Counted from the stretch's first letter, positions 19,665-33,124 are shown. The stretch: 64,000 nucleotides of DNA from Phaeosaccion multiseriatum (GCA_965112735.1 OZ218961.1:1240001-1304000); one strand, 5' to 3'. Made by a program: numbers and translations. Notes: generated by a model not told the origin, from the sequence alone.

Positions 19665-21040
19665 GAAGAAGCAAGTCAGGATTACGCGGGGAAGCCACAC
19701 AGACACCGTCATCGGCCTCAGCTGGCACAAAGTCCACCGACAGGTTTGTACGTACTCACGCACTGAAGATACTCAGAACAGCTCAAGTAGACTGCATGTA
19801 CCTACCTACGGGCATATGTGCAGAGAGTGGCTGGAAGGGCTTCTTTCGGGCCGTCAACTCTGAACGAGCTGGGTTGTTCGACCCTTGATAGAGATGGCTT
19901 TGTGGGCCCTGTGTGTGCGGGCCTCTGTGTGTGCGCTTCGGTGTGTGTCTCCTCCCTCTTCCCTTCCAAGCAGCCGCTGCGCTCTCTTTTTGTCTCCCTC
20001 ACTCTTTCGTTCTCTCTCTGTCTCCCCCACTCTTTCGTTCTCTCTCTGTCTCCCTCACTCTTTCGTTCTCTCTCTGTCTCCCTCACTCTTTCGTTCTCTC
20101 TCTGTCTTTCTCTCCTTACCTCTCTCCTCTTCCTCTCTCCCCTACCTGTCTCTCCCCCTCTCCTTCCTTCTCTCTCTCCTCTCTCTCTCCTCTCCCGATC
20201 TCTTCTCTCCCCCCTCCTCTCTCCCTCTCCCTCCCCCTCTCTCTCTCTCACTCACACGCACTTTTCCTCCCTCTCTCCATCTACACGACATCACATCACA
20301 CGGAAACCCACCCCTCCACTTGAACAAACAAACAACAGGTGCTGGCAAGCAGTTCCGGCGACAATACCTTGAAGGTGTGGAACGTGACAACCCATCAGTG
20401 CTCCTCCACACGGACAAGCAAGGCGCAAAGCGTGCGCTGGAACGGCACTGAGGTTTCCATCCTCGCCTCGGCAGGGCATGGCTCCTCTTGGACGCACGCA
20501 CCCCTGAGAAGGTGCAGAGTGTGCCACTGTCGGCGGATCCTGAATGCCTGGGACGGAACCCCCACCGACCCGCTGAGCTCATCTCAGGCACGGAGGACGG
20601 CTTGTTGACTTGTAGGGGCGTGCGGCAGTTGGACAAGGTGCTGTGAGGGAAGGTGACGGCGCATGAAGGGGGGGTGTCGGCTTTCTCCTTCGCGCCTTCC
20701 GTGCCAGGCTTCCTGGCCACGCACGTGCTGGGATGACAAGACGGTCAAGCTGTAGGACGTTGATGCGTGTTGCAATAGTAGTAGTAGTGGTGGTGGTGGT
20801 GGTGGTGGTGGTGGTGGTGGTGGTGGTGGTGGCGGAGGGAAGCAAAAGAAGCGGCAGCAGCAGGGAAGGCCGCTAGAGATTGCGTCCCGTACCATGGCTG
20901 TGGGCAAGCTGGTTTCGGTGGCCTTTTATCCGGATTCTCCCTTTCTGTTGGCCTGTGGCGGCGCCAAGGGCACCCTTGCGCTATGCATGGCACACGGATG
21001 AGAACATCGCTGTCAGTGCGCGCCTCTCGAGCCGGGCAGG
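19665..21040 (+). pseudogene. PWP1: PWP1-like WD40 protein, C-terminal half, degenerate
   Basis: SHTDTVIGLSWHKVHRQ / VLASSSGDNTLKVWNV / AHEGGVSAFSFAPSVPGFLA / DKTVKL*DV / VGKLVSVAFYPDSPFLLACGGAKG follow the PWP1 repeat order. In-frame stops at ~20644 and 20753 plus frameshifts. Confidence 0.7.
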
Positions 21041-21317
21041 AGGGGAGGAGAGCGAGGAGCTGCTGGTGGCTCGCATGCACATGTCCGACGACGGAGAGAC
21101 GAGGGGCGAGGAGGAACCAGGGGATGCAATAACACCCCCATCTGCAGCGGCGGAAGGAGCCTCTTCCGCAACCAAGAACAACAACAACACAACAAGAAGA
21201 AGATTGCAGTCAAGGCAGGCGTGTGACATGGACACTGATACCAATTCAAACCGATCAAACTTCAAAGAGGTTTTATTTTTTGTTTCTTCCTATGGTATAG
21301 CTACTCTGTTTCTTTTC

Positions 21318-21822
21318 AGCGGTGGCGAGAAGGCTCCCAGCGCAGGCGCAACTTCATCGTCCCTACTAACCGCCGTACAACGGCATCCGCATGCCCATTG
21401 CTTCATCCCCACCGGCAAAACACTAACCCCAAAACCCATCGCTCCCCCTTAAGTATAATCACCAAAACGGTGGCGAGAAGGCTCCCAGCGCAGGCGCAAC
21501 TCCATCGTCCCTACTAACCGCCGTACAACGGCATCCGCATGCCCATTGCTTCATCCCCACCGGCGAAACACTAACCCCAAAACCCATCCCTCCCCCGTAT
21601 GCTACCAAGTATAATCACCAAAGCGGTGGCGAGAAGGCTCCCAGCGCAGGCGCAACTCCATCGTCCCTACTAACCGCCGTACAACGGCATCATCCGCATG
21701 CCCATTGCTTCATCCCCACCGGCGAAACACTAACCCCAAAACCCATCGCTCCCCCTTAAGTATAATCACCAAAGCGGTGGCGAGAAGGCTCCCAGCGCAG
21801 GCGCAACTCCATCGTCCCTACT
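21318..21822. repeat. ~150-bp tandem repeat, 3.3 copies, just downstream of the MACPF-LRR gene
   Basis: CGGTGGCGAGAAGGCTCCCAGCGCAGG restarts at 21320, 21468, 21624 and 21775. Confidence 0.93.
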
Positions 21823-21906
21823 GTGTCACCGACCCGAACTTCAAAGACCAATGCTAGCCCCGCCCCCGTCCCCTCCGGCAGCACTTCAAAGCTGCTGCTG
21901 AGCGCT

Positions 21907-24900
21907 TCAACCATTGTACACAGCCTTTGCCCAACTCGGTGCGACCTCACTGCTACATCCAAAGGGCAGGTGGGAATTGACAACCAACTTCAACTCTTCC
22001 CTCATCAGCAAATTTCTGGAACTCTGCACTCCTTCAAGGTACCTACGGTAACGCATTGCACCCCCGAATCCGTAGCGCACATACTCGCGGTGAGTTACTA
22101 CCGTGACATTAAAAGTCCGCGTAATGAGCAGGTCGCACCAGCCGCAGTATCGTACATCAAGGGTCCGTAGATTGGGGCAGTTGCCGTGGGGTCCCAAGGG
22201 GTCAGACTTGCAAACCCAGTTGAACGAGAAGTTTCCAACGAAAAGAAACGTTGGGGAGCGCGGGGTGCGTTTCTGGTTGGCCTCCCCATAGGCTCTCGCG
22301 TCGAGAGACGTGAGCTCGTCGAGGGTCGGAGGCGTGTAGTTCTCATCCCACGGCCAGTCCTTGAAGTTATAGCTGAGATCGATACGTACCACACTCGGCA
22401 TGTTGGCGTTCTGCATGACTTCCCCCCCGAGATGGTTTCGGCTAAGATTGACGTCCTCGAGGAGTTTGTGCGTCCACACATCAGGGTGAATGCTACCATC
22501 GAGCAGGTTCTCAGAAAGGTTGAGAGTCTTCAGCCGTGGCAGCTCCTTGAGGCTTGGCACGCCCCCCGTGAGATTGTTCGAGCTCAGATCCACGCTGGTG
22601 AGGGACTTGAGCTTCGAAAGGATGCCGCTCTTCTCCAGCGTCCCCCCCATGCCGATGTGGCTCAAGGACAAGGTCGTGAGGGCAGAGAAGATTCCGGCGT
22701 CGAAGATGGGCAGCACCGGCGCAAAGCCTGTTTCCGCGTCTGTTGATGGCTGGCCGTTGCGCACCTCAATCGTGGCTATCCGCCCCTCCTCGGTGAGGGG
22801 GGCGGTGCCCTCCAAGTTTGCGAAGCTTAGATCAGGCCCATCCTCCTCCAACTGAGCCCAACCGGCCGGCTTGGGGTTCCATTTCGCCATCTGCAGGGCG
22901 TCATACACAACCTTCAAGCCAGCCTTGTCGCGTGATAAGACCCGTACCCTGGCTTGAGGCTCCAGCTGCTTAAACACTAGCTCTTGTCCGGCCAGATTCA
23001 AGCTTTCCTCGAAGCGAGCCCACTCCTTGCCATTCTCATACTTTCCCCGAACAACTGCGTAGGAACCAGCAGTTGCCTCCTTTTGGGCGAGCAGCACGAC
23101 GGCACCCACCACCTGCCCATCAGAGGCGGCGAACTGGTCTTTGACCACGTCCAGGAAGTCCGACAGAGTTCCGTCAGGCATTGGCTGCTGCTGGACTCGG
23201 GCGGCTTCCATAAGCACCTCCGCCGCTGCGTACGCGATGGCAGACAGCTCTTCCACGCTGTCGACTTGATCAAGGGGCAGATCGCCCAGTGTCACGAGCT
23301 GCAGCACGCTCTCTTGAAGGTCGTTGTTCACTCGACGTGGAGCGTTCCGGTTAATCACCTCTCTAACGGCCAGGGGCACGGTCTCGGCCTCATAAAGCAA
23401 ATGAGCCCAGTTTCTGGCTCGAGACTGACGGGCGGCTTGAATCAAGTTGATGCACTGCTGATCGACGGGCACGTTGTACTCGTGGAGATCTAGTGACACA
23501 GCAAGGAAGAAAGAGGCCGCGACAACAAGAGGGGAACGAACGAGGTCGATGAGTTAGAGAGACTTCAGGGAGAGAGAAGCGAACATAATAATGCTCCTCC
23601 CCCAATACACACACAATTAAGGCATTGTCTCGCACCTCTTCGAAGCAGTTCGTCGATGGAGACGAGCGCGGAGAGGGGCCCTCTGTCGATGATGGCCCAG
23701 CTCGAGTTATCTGAGAACAAAGCTGTTGCGAAGGCCTCGGCTGTCGCAGCGTTCGGCCCGAGAGACTTTGCTCCGAGTTTTTTTACAAAAAATGAAAAAA
23801 AATGGGGGGCAGCGGCGGGGCACAGGAATAGAGAGGTTAGAGTCACGAATGAAGTCGCAGTTGGACTCACCCTTCGCCACTCTTTTCAAGACGAGGCGGG
23901 ATGCCACGGACGCATCAAAAGTGGAGTGAAATCCCTCTCCACACCAACAACTTACCCGGACGTAGCTGGTGTACATGGCTTGCGTTTTCGTTGTTTGATT
24001 CGCACCGTTGTCGGCGGCGTCATGGAAGTCCGCGCCCCCACTGCTCGAGGCCTGGCTGAAGCTGGCCGACGCCGAGGCAGTCACGCCATAGTAGCTACCC
24101 GCGACAGATGCCTCTGTGGCACTGGACTTGCCCTTGCTCTCTTTGCTTGCCTCAGCAGTAGCTCTCATGAGCGACGAAGTATGGACCTGATAAAGTTTGT
24201 TTAAGGGGCGTGGGGTACGAGTTGGAGCGAAGCGAGAAAACTGAGCGGGGAAGTAGCAGCTGCGACGAAAGCGACGGCAAGGGGGACACTGATACATGAA
24301 TTGCTGAGAGCGCACACCCGAGCTCACCTCCTTGGTTGTCGTGGTAGTCGTGGTATGAAAGAAGACCCCACCCATCAAATGAGTGCCGGAACTGCACAGA
24401 CAGAAGGGAAGTGAAAGAATGCGAAAGAGAGCAGTGTGAAGGAGTGGAAAGAATGGAAAGAACGGACAGACACCTGCAGCCTCGAGCTTCCCTCGCGGCT
24501 CTTCCTTCACAACGTGTACTGCCGTGTTTGCTTCCTGCCTCACCTCACGTGGGAGCCAAAGAGGTCGAGGAAGCTCCTGGCATCGCGTAGTGACCTGACT
24601 TTGCTGGCAATTTCAATGACCTCGTCGCTCAGTCTCATGTCAACCACGGGGATGCGGAAGGACTTCATGGGGCAGATGATGTACTCCACAACTGATTAAG
24701 GTCGAGACGGCAAAGGATGACAAAGCAGAGGCCATCATTAACACGCTCAAGGTGAGTGGAGTGCTTGGTGTCAGGGGACTTACTGGTGGCGGTGGTGGTC
24801 TTAGCCTGGTCGCTCGTCGTACTCGTCGCTTCGGTCGTACTAGACGTCTGCGAGTTGGAAGAATTGGTTTGCGAGTGACTGGCGCTGACCTTATTCCCCC

Positions 24901-26226
24901 ACCCGCTCACGCTGGCACTTCCTCCCACAGAGGTGTGGGCCGACTCGGCTGCCGTCATGCCAGAAGACTTGGTCGAGTTGTGGAAGGAAGCTACAACTTC
25001 ATTGGAAGTTGTCTTCATGACGCGAGCCTCAAAGGGGACGTTGGGGCCTCGCCTGCCAACAGATGGAGCAAACATGACGCGAAGGAAGACGGGTCAAGGA
25101 AGGAAGAGGGGCAGCGGCGGCAGTGGGAGGGGGGCGACTTGGTGGCTACCTATAGACGACGAGAGCTCTCAATTGAAAGCAGAAGCGGGGAAAAAAGTAC
25201 TTGCATCCCCCCCTCCATTTAGCAAATGAAGAAAGAGGAGTCATCGTCACCACACTCACAAGTCAACGTGCTCCGGGGTTTTGAGCACCGGGGCCAGCGG
25301 AACCCTCGACAGCTCCTCGACATTCGGAAAGAGGTTAATTCCTGTTGATCGAAAGCATCAGCGTCGGGGGGGAATCAAACGAATGCAACACAAGAGAGTG
25401 GGTAGGTAAGTGGGACTGGAGGGAGGCAAAGATGAAAGTCAGGGAGAGAGTCCCAACCGAGCTCACCGTATAGGGCTGCGCCCCCGGAGCAAGCAGCGAC
25501 AAGCTTTTCGTCGGTGTCATACGGATTGAAGGAGCTACTCACTCCAGCCAGGATGCCGGTCTGTGCCTGAGCGGTGGCGAGCAGCGACTCGGAGCTCGTC
25601 ACCTGTCCTTCCCAGCCCTCTCTCGCCGCCACCTGTCCATACAGTTTCAATATATAAGAGAGGGTCAGAGTGAGAGGACACGTAGCTCTCTACCCTTGGC
25701 AAATGCACTGTTTTCGTATACATCCCTCCCCAACCCGGGACACCAAGCGATCTTCTCATTGCCAACATTGATCGAACGGTCAATCTGCAATCAAGGTTTC
25801 GAGGAGCACAATGCGCCCGGGCCTCCGCCCCTGCCTCTACCCGCCAAAACAACGAAAAAGTTGATGGACTCACCCTCGCTTTGGCCGCCTCCACCCTGCT
25901 CCTCTGCCTCTCTTCTGCGCCGTCGAGTGTGTCACTGACGTCGACCTTGGCCAGCAACTCGTCCGCCTCTTGCCGCGACTGGCGCACGCGACCCCGCTCC
26001 TCCTCGATGAGCCTGGCGTTGCGCAGCTGGGCGGCCTCCTCTCTCTCGCGCGCGAGCTCTTGTTCCTCTCGGTGAATGGTGTTGCTCTTCATGGCCTTGG
26101 CCTTGTTGGTGATGATGCGCGTATCGCCTTCGTGTTCCTGAGGTAAGGTAGGAGAGGAAGGGAGGGGGTTTTGGGTGTGGAAATAATTGAGGAGCAAGCG
26201 CGGCCTGCTCAGCCCATCCACACACA

Positions 26227-26261
<35 letters not shown>

Positions 26262-28559
26262 GGGGGGGGGGAGAACCACACGACAAGAAGAAAAGCAAAA
26301 TAGAGCACTCACCCTGGCCAACTTGTTCACGTCGTCGTCGCTGAGCTTGCTGGCGGTTCGAATGCCCTTGTCTTCCAACGTCTGTGCCGCTGCCAGCCCT
26401 ACCCCGAACTCCATCGCCTCCTTGCGAATGGGAGGGGCGTTGGGGGCGTTGGCGAAGAAGCTCTCCAGCGTGTGCCGCTCCGTGCTGGTGATGGCCTCGG
26501 AAGGGCCCCCTGTTGAGTTGTCCGAAGGCTGCGCAAACTCGGGCTCCTCCTCCTCATCGCCTGCCCACAGGGGCAGAGGCTCCTCCTCATCGCCTGCCAA
26601 CTGGGGCAGTGTGGTGCCGTCGTTGGAAGGGGCAAGCTCCGCCAGGGGGAGCTTCAGCGCGTAGGAGGCGAATTGCAACTTGGGAGCAGCAAGCTGGTGC
26701 AGTGGCCGAGGCAACGACGACAACACAAGGGGCCGGGCAGGGTGGACTGGGGGTCAAAACACACAAACAAGCAAGTCATCGGGTGGCTGCATGCACAACT
26801 TTACTATCGATGAGCCACCCTTACCGCGTTTCCACGTGGCCTCTCCACTGCCTTGTGATCGATAGCCCACTGCACGCTCTGCCATTGGGAGTTCGACAGC
26901 GCCGCCTCTGTCTTCCAGTTGCGTGCCACGTTACGGGCCCACTGCCTCTCCTTGGGGTCAATTCCCTTCGCCAGGAACAAGCCCCAGAGCTCAAACTCCG
27001 GCAGCAAACAGTCAAGCAGCATGGGCTGCTGCACTTTCTGGCCCTGAGTGCGCCTGTCGCGGTCCTCAACGAGAAATTTGGCCAAGATATTGACGTCGTT
27101 CAGAGTTTGATGTGCCGCGATGAGGCGTACGCTCACCTCCCCCCAGTTCTGCGCCATTTTGTTCTCGTTGACGACGTCTTTGATTTCCTGCGAAAGAAGA
27201 TTGTTGCACATGGGCGGCAGGGCATCCCTCACCGTGCCCAGGTCTTTCGCGGGGAGCACCTCCGAATCACTGGAGTAGACGTCATACACCCGCCCGCACC
27301 ACTTTTGGGCGAAAGCCTCTATGGCCCCCGGAGTATCACACTCGTTGAAGTCCTTCATGATATCACTATCACCGCCACTATCATTGGACTTGTCTGTCAC
27401 ACGCGAAGGGCGAGAGGACAAGCAAAGCGCGATTCACGTTAGTCAAAGGGGAGGGAGAGCGGCGGCCAGCATACGCCCACCACGCACTCACCATTGTCGG
27501 TGTAGATGTACACGCTCCATTCGTTGTAGCTCTTAAACCAAAGCATTTGGTCGTCAGGAACGCCCTTACGCACAACCGCTCTTTCGTACACGTCGTTCAA
27601 GACCGCGCCCAATTCGTCGAACGGACGAGTGTACCTTTTTTGGCGCACGCAAAGGAGGGCAGTAGGAGTGTTTAGGTAAATACAGAGAAACTATTTGGCA
27701 GCAAACAAGAATCGCATCAGCATGGTGGCAAGGAATGCCCTTCCCATACTACCACACAAACTCACATTCCGTGGTAGGGGTCGAGGAAGTGGCAAGTCTC
27801 GTCGACCTCGTCAACGAAGATGCCTACATCTCTCCACTGTTCGAAGTTTGAGTTGACTAACTGGAGGAAGACCAGCACGTTACGGGGTCTGCTCCTCCGT
27901 ACACCAAACCTCCCCCTGTTTTTCCACGCTGAGTCAATAGCCTGGACGATCTCATCGATGACGGTCTTGGTGTTGTTCACCTTCGTACTGGCCATGTCGT
28001 AGTATTGCGGCGCTCCCTTCGTCCTGCGCGGAAGCGGCCCCGACAAAGTCCACTTGTTCTCCTCAGCCACAATTTTTGGCAGTGACTCGTTCCAGAATAG
28101 CTCCCCATGAGTGTTTGCCCTGACCTTTGGTGGCAAGGTTTCAAGAAGAGCGAAGAAGTCGCTGGGCAGCCGAAAAGAAGTGGCTGCTTTGCCTGCAATA
28201 AACCGGGCCCAGTAAAGCAGGCTCAAGATGTTCGGTCCTCTTGATGGGTGAAGAAAGCCATGTTCAATGAAGAATAGTGCGAGGAAGTTCATCCATTGTT
28301 TGGCTTCACGTTTGACTTCTAGTTGTTCCCGCGTCAAGTCTCCTTTCTCTCCCAACTCAAGCGGGGCCTCGTGCTGTGTGATGGATGTGTCCGCAGGAAC
28401 GACATCCAGCAGTGCTCTCGCCAAGTTGAAGGGCTGGTCGGGCTCCGGCCGGGCGTCCGTACTGAAAAGCGCGACGACGGGAATTGGTGAGGGTGGTGTG
28501 AAGCCACGCAGATATTCCAATGCGCCATCTTTCACCGCTTCCGAGGATGGGCGAGGCAT
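21907..28559 (-). CDS. ~1607-aa protein: N-terminal region, coiled coil, GVIN1/VLIG-type MACPF-like domain and C-terminal leucine-rich repeats; 13 exons
   Basis: Exons 28559-27766, 27634-27492, 27393-26825, 26693-26313, 26137-25874, 25632-25467, 25341-25260, 25052-24784, 24691-24544, 24391-24328, 24186-23956, 23765-23636, 23489-21907. All are GT-AG and in phase (4824 nt). Motifs CSGGAALYGI, FLDLFGSHVSSGTHLMGGVFF, NSSWAIIDRG; LRRs LTSVDLSSNNLTG, LKTLNLSENLLDG, VNLSRNHLGG. Confidence 0.85.
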
Positions 28560-29092
28560 CGTCCCCCAACCCTCACAATTCCTCTTCCTCTCACCACCAG
28601 CGCTGCTACCTCCGGCCGCTTCTCTGTATGCGCAATTCAGCTGCTGCAATAATTTCCTTCCCCTCTTGACTTGGGGCTTGATTTACTAAATAGAACTCTG
28701 CCGCTGCTGCTCTTCCTCCCTCTATACCTGTCCTCCTTTCTTCCTCCCTGTCCGTCTCCCTGGATATCCTATCTGCTGCCTTGAAGGTTGCGGATTTACG
28801 TTTGTTTAAGGTTGCGGAGCGAACGCACAAACTTTAAGTGCACAGGGCATGAAAAAAAAGGAACACAATTTTTAAATTTGAAAGCCAGGGCGGGTACGTA
28901 CTGTAAGTGCACCCCGCAAACTCGTCATCACAGTCCAATCTGTCCTCATCGTCATCAAGGAGGCCTGTGGCGAAAGCCCAAGTCCAGCGGGCCCGGGGCC
29001 CATGGCTTGTGGTGGGAACAAAACGGGGCGTGTGAGACGTTACAGATGGATTTTGCATTGAACCACCATCTGCTGTACAACGAGGCAAGGGA

Positions 29093-29495
29093 CGGCACTC
29101 CCATCTTCAGCCCAAGGGTCGACATCTCTCTGTTGACGGAGAAAGAGAGAGACGGAGGTACCAATGGATGACGGGGACGAGGAGAAGGAGGAGGAACGGG
29201 GGCACTTTCCCCCCTCCTCTCCCTCCGGGCAAAGGCTTTAGCGAGTAATGGCCCAGCCCAGCCCAAGCCCAGAGGAGGGACGGCGCGTGGCGCTTGCTTG
29301 CTTGTACAGGCCAAGCTCAAGAGCCAGAAGGCGAAAGAGCGCACACTGCTGGACGGAGAGATGAAGAGCAAGAGCTACAGGTGCGCGAACAAGTAGAGGC
29401 ATACGGAGCGAGGGGGAAGGGGGGGGAGACAGAGAAAAAGGAGACGCCCAACTTCTTGTTCCCGAGGCATGCGGAGACAGAGGAGGCCAACGCAT
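29093..29495 (+). repeat. Dispersed ~400-bp direct repeat, copy 2
   Basis: Matches 19159-19595. Confidence 0.85.
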
Positions 29496-30994
29496 GGTTT
29501 TGGGGGCAGTGCAGCTGCAGGAGGGCTACTACCTGTCGTAGTATCTCTCTCTCTTTCCCCCTTGCAGTGCAGCTGCAGGAGGGCTACTACCTGTCGTAGT
29601 ATCTCTCTCTCTTTCCCCCTTGTTTCTGCCTCCTTTCTCCTTCCCTTCCTGTATGCCTCAAATCTCCCTCCCACTCCCTCCCTCCCTCCCTCTATAGAGA
29701 GGCCCAGGACAATCTCAAGAAGGTGGAAGCGTCGCGCAGAAGGATGTCCATCATGGATAGAGAGAAGCTCCGCTCCAACGCGAAGGAGGGATCGCTCAAG
29801 CTGGCCAAGCAGGAAAAGGCAGTGGACAGGTGAGGGGGCATTGGCAGTAGCAGGTGGCAGAGGATGGCAGAGAAGTGCCAATGGCAATGCTAAAGCAGGC
29901 CAGGTAGGGTCCACTCACACGTCAACTTACTCTCCCACTCCGTCTTCTCATTCGCTCACCCACTCACAGGGTTCGTTTCGATTGAGTCTCGCGCGACTAG
30001 TGAGAGCGTGGTGGCCGTAGCGCGAGAGGCCAGAGACAAGAGGCGCCAGTCCATCGCTTTCCGCAGCGCCGCTACCTTCATGGAAAGGAAGGTGCGTGTG
30101 CGCGTGAGTGAGTCAGGCAGTGAGGGCAAGGGTTAAGAGGTGCGGAGAAGTTGGTGCTCTGTTCTGAGTGTCTTTTGTCAACAAATCTCTCCTCTCCTCT
30201 CCTCTTGTCCTCTCTTGCCATCAACCAACACCAATCACAGCACAGGTCATGCCCACTCACCCATCCACTCACCACCCGCTTGGGTCCTCGCCATCCACTC
30301 CTCTTCTCACTCACTCACCCACTCACCACCCTCCAATGCATGCATCAATTGCGTACGTCAATGTGACATTTGGAATTGTCCTGCACCACCAACACCAACA
30401 GGTATGAGAGCAGCAGGCGGAGCTCGAGGGGCAGACGAGGGAGAAGACTCCAAGCCTAGCGAGCTGGAGAGACAAGATGTGAATGCGTATCACCAACGCC
30501 CATGGCTTGGAGGGCGGCCACCGCCATGAGGCACCGCAAGATGAAGAAGAAGAACAAGAAGAAGGAGGAGTCCCTGTCCATTTGGGTGCGTGAGCTAGAG
30601 TGGGAGGGAGGTAGGGGAGCGAGTGAGGGGGCTCCAATCCACTTGCCTGCAGTATGTGGTCATGTCCACCTTTGTCCGCCCTGACTGCCACATACTAGGA
30701 GTGAGTGAGAAAGGCACGGTTGCATCTTCCCCGAGTCCTCAGACGCTGTTCCTTTGGGAGCAAGCACAGTTGACGGCCAATCAGGAGACGCGAGAGCGAG
30801 GGCTTTGTAAAGCACGCAGCGGCGCTCGCTCGAGGAGGGAGGTGGTGAAGGCCAAGAGAGAGAGAGGCGAGGAGGGATGGGGCGGGCATCTCTCCCCAGA
30901 GTGCTGTGTTTGAGGTGGAGGAGGGACACGCAGCTCTCAAGGAGGCTGACGAGGGTGCCCAAGGCCCTTGTGGGGGAGAGGAAGAGGCACGAGA

Positions 30995-31570
30995 GTAGAG
31001 CGGGCACTCCACGACAGTGCAGCAGCTGCTCTCGGCGCGCGCTAGTGTCGACTTGGCGGACGAGCGGGGCTTCTCTCCGATTTGGCTTGCCTCTCAGAAC
31101 GGACATGGCTCTGTTCTAAGGCATCTCATCTCAGCCCAAGCGGATGTGAACCACGTAGATAGTCTCGGGAGTACTCCGCTTGCTTCGGCAGGCATCGTCT
31201 CAGGGGCATGCGGGCATTGTACAGCAGCTCATCAGGGCCCACGCCAGCATCGACAAGGCTGATCCCGACGGTTTCACTCCTCTTCACGTTGCCTGTCAGC
31301 AAGGGCACGACACCGTGGTGGAGAAGCTTCTCTCTGCGGGAGCACGTGCGGACAAACGGGCCAACGAGGGCGGCGCTTCACCCCTCTACCTCGCAGCGAA
31401 GTTTGGGCACGAGGCAGTCGTCGCTCGTCTCATCTCTGCAGGATCCCCCCATCGATATCACGTCATCACACGGTACCACCCCTCTCCTTACTGCCATCCA
31501 CGCAGACCAGCACGGGACTGCGCGGCAGCTCCTCTCGGCCGGTGCTTCGGTGGACAAGGCCTTCGCTGGG
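30995..31570 (+). pseudogene. Ankyrin-repeat gene fragment with frameshifts
   Basis: GFSPIWLASQNGH, GSTPL (shift) SQGHAGIVQQLI, GFTPLHVACQQGH, GASPLYLAAKFGH (shift) GTTPLLTAIH, spread across three frames. Confidence 0.8.
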
Positions 31571-32245
31571 GCACGGCACGGCGGTACAGTAACGAGCCCG
31601 AGATTAAGCAGCGGCCCGGAGAGGCGGCAGCAGGCTGGAGAGGGCCTGGAGTGTGGGGAGCGAGACGTGGGAGAGCATGGCGGAGGAGATGGGCTGGGCG
31701 AGGTGGGGGCTGGTAGGGCAACGACGACTTTGGCAACGAAAAGAGTAGCGCTCCAGCCTCCAGCTTGCTCGCTTGGCTTGCACCAGTCATGCAGCCCATG
31801 CGAGTGAGCCTAGCTAGCTATCCCCCCATCGGGAGAGAGAGACTGCCCACGGCACACTGGGCTTGGTGTAGGAGCGGTGAAGTGATTGCGATCCTCTGTC
31901 GCAGAGAGGAGCGGAGCACAGGAGTTGGGGGGTCCGGTGGGGGAGGGGTGTCACGTGTATAGCTCACGGGATCAATGGATGAAGTGTATAAAAAGGGAGG
32001 GAGGGAAAGTCAGTTCGTTTGAAGCGGGGAGAGTGTAATCCCGATGGATAGATGCCGAGGGCTTCCTTCCTGGGTGGGGTATCCGGGCACAGCAAGCAGT
32101 CGTAGCTGAAGAGAAGGGTATACTATTTCTGCTAAACACACAATGGTTTTTAATTGGAAATTTCAAAATAAAACCTTTCCTGCTATACAACAATGGCGTG
32201 GGGGCTTTCCCTCTCTCTCGCCTTCTCCTCCTCCTCCTCCTCCTC

Positions 32246-32282
<37 letters not shown>

Positions 32283-32337
32283 CCTACCACTACCTGCTAG
32301 TGGTTAACAGTCCCCATCTCTCCTCTGCCCTCCTGAG

Positions 32338-32915
32338 CTACTGCTGCACGGCCCCCAGCACAGCGTGCAGATCCACCACCAGCTGCTCCATGTCCGCGCT
32401 CTCCTCGTAGCCGTGCAGCGCAGCCATGACCCTCGAGTCGCGAGCGTCGAACATGGCCAGCAGAGCCGCCCCCGCCGCCGGAGAGGGCACAATGGCGTTC
32501 TTCACCAAGTCCGCCACGAGCGTCTGGAACAAGCTCTCCCGGCCCGCAGACGTCATGTCCACCCCTCGTGCTCTGCCTCCCTCCTCCCCTTCCTCCTCCT
32601 CCTCGCCCTCCTCTTCGTAGCCTGCTGATGCCGCTCCTCCTCCTCCTCCTGAAAGCGGCACTCCCCGCAAGGAGGAAGAGGAGGAGGAGGAGGAGGAGGA
32701 GGAGGAAGAGGAGGAGGAAGAGGAGGAGGGGGCCTGCAGCTGCTCCAGCGTCACCCAGGCCAGCCGCCGGAGAGTGTCCTTGAAGTCGGTCTCGTCCTTC
32801 TCCAGACGGAACACCTCAAGAGCGGCGGCTATGGACGGGTCCGACCTCTGCACACACAGCTGCAGGGCAGTGCTCTCCAGATCGGACAGGTGCATGCTTG
32901 CCACAATCTCACCAA
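32338..32915 (-). pseudogene. C-terminal fragment of an uncharacterised helical-repeat protein
   Basis: Two related modules, DPSIAAALEVFRLEKDETDFKDTLRRL and DSRVMAALHGYEESADMEQLVVDLHAV. No clear start; abuts the 3' end of FNIP copy 1. Confidence 0.5.
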
Positions 32916-33124
32916 AGCGCCGGTCCAAGCCATGCGACCAGCCGTGCGACCAGCCGGTCCTTGCAGTCACCGTAATCAAGCTGCACACGTCTCACCTCCT
33001 CCACTCGTCCGTCATGTAATCATCACCGTCTCCGCTTCGGCCTTATACTCTTCCCCCTCCCTCCCGCCGCCCTCCTCCTTCATCATCATCAGCGTGCTGC
33101 GTTCGCGTCACCTTAAGAATACTA

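Noticed and set aside
29507-29620. Short tandem duplication with a TACTAC/GTAGTA hairpin as a Helitron 3' end
   Set aside because: No CTRR terminus at the expected distance.
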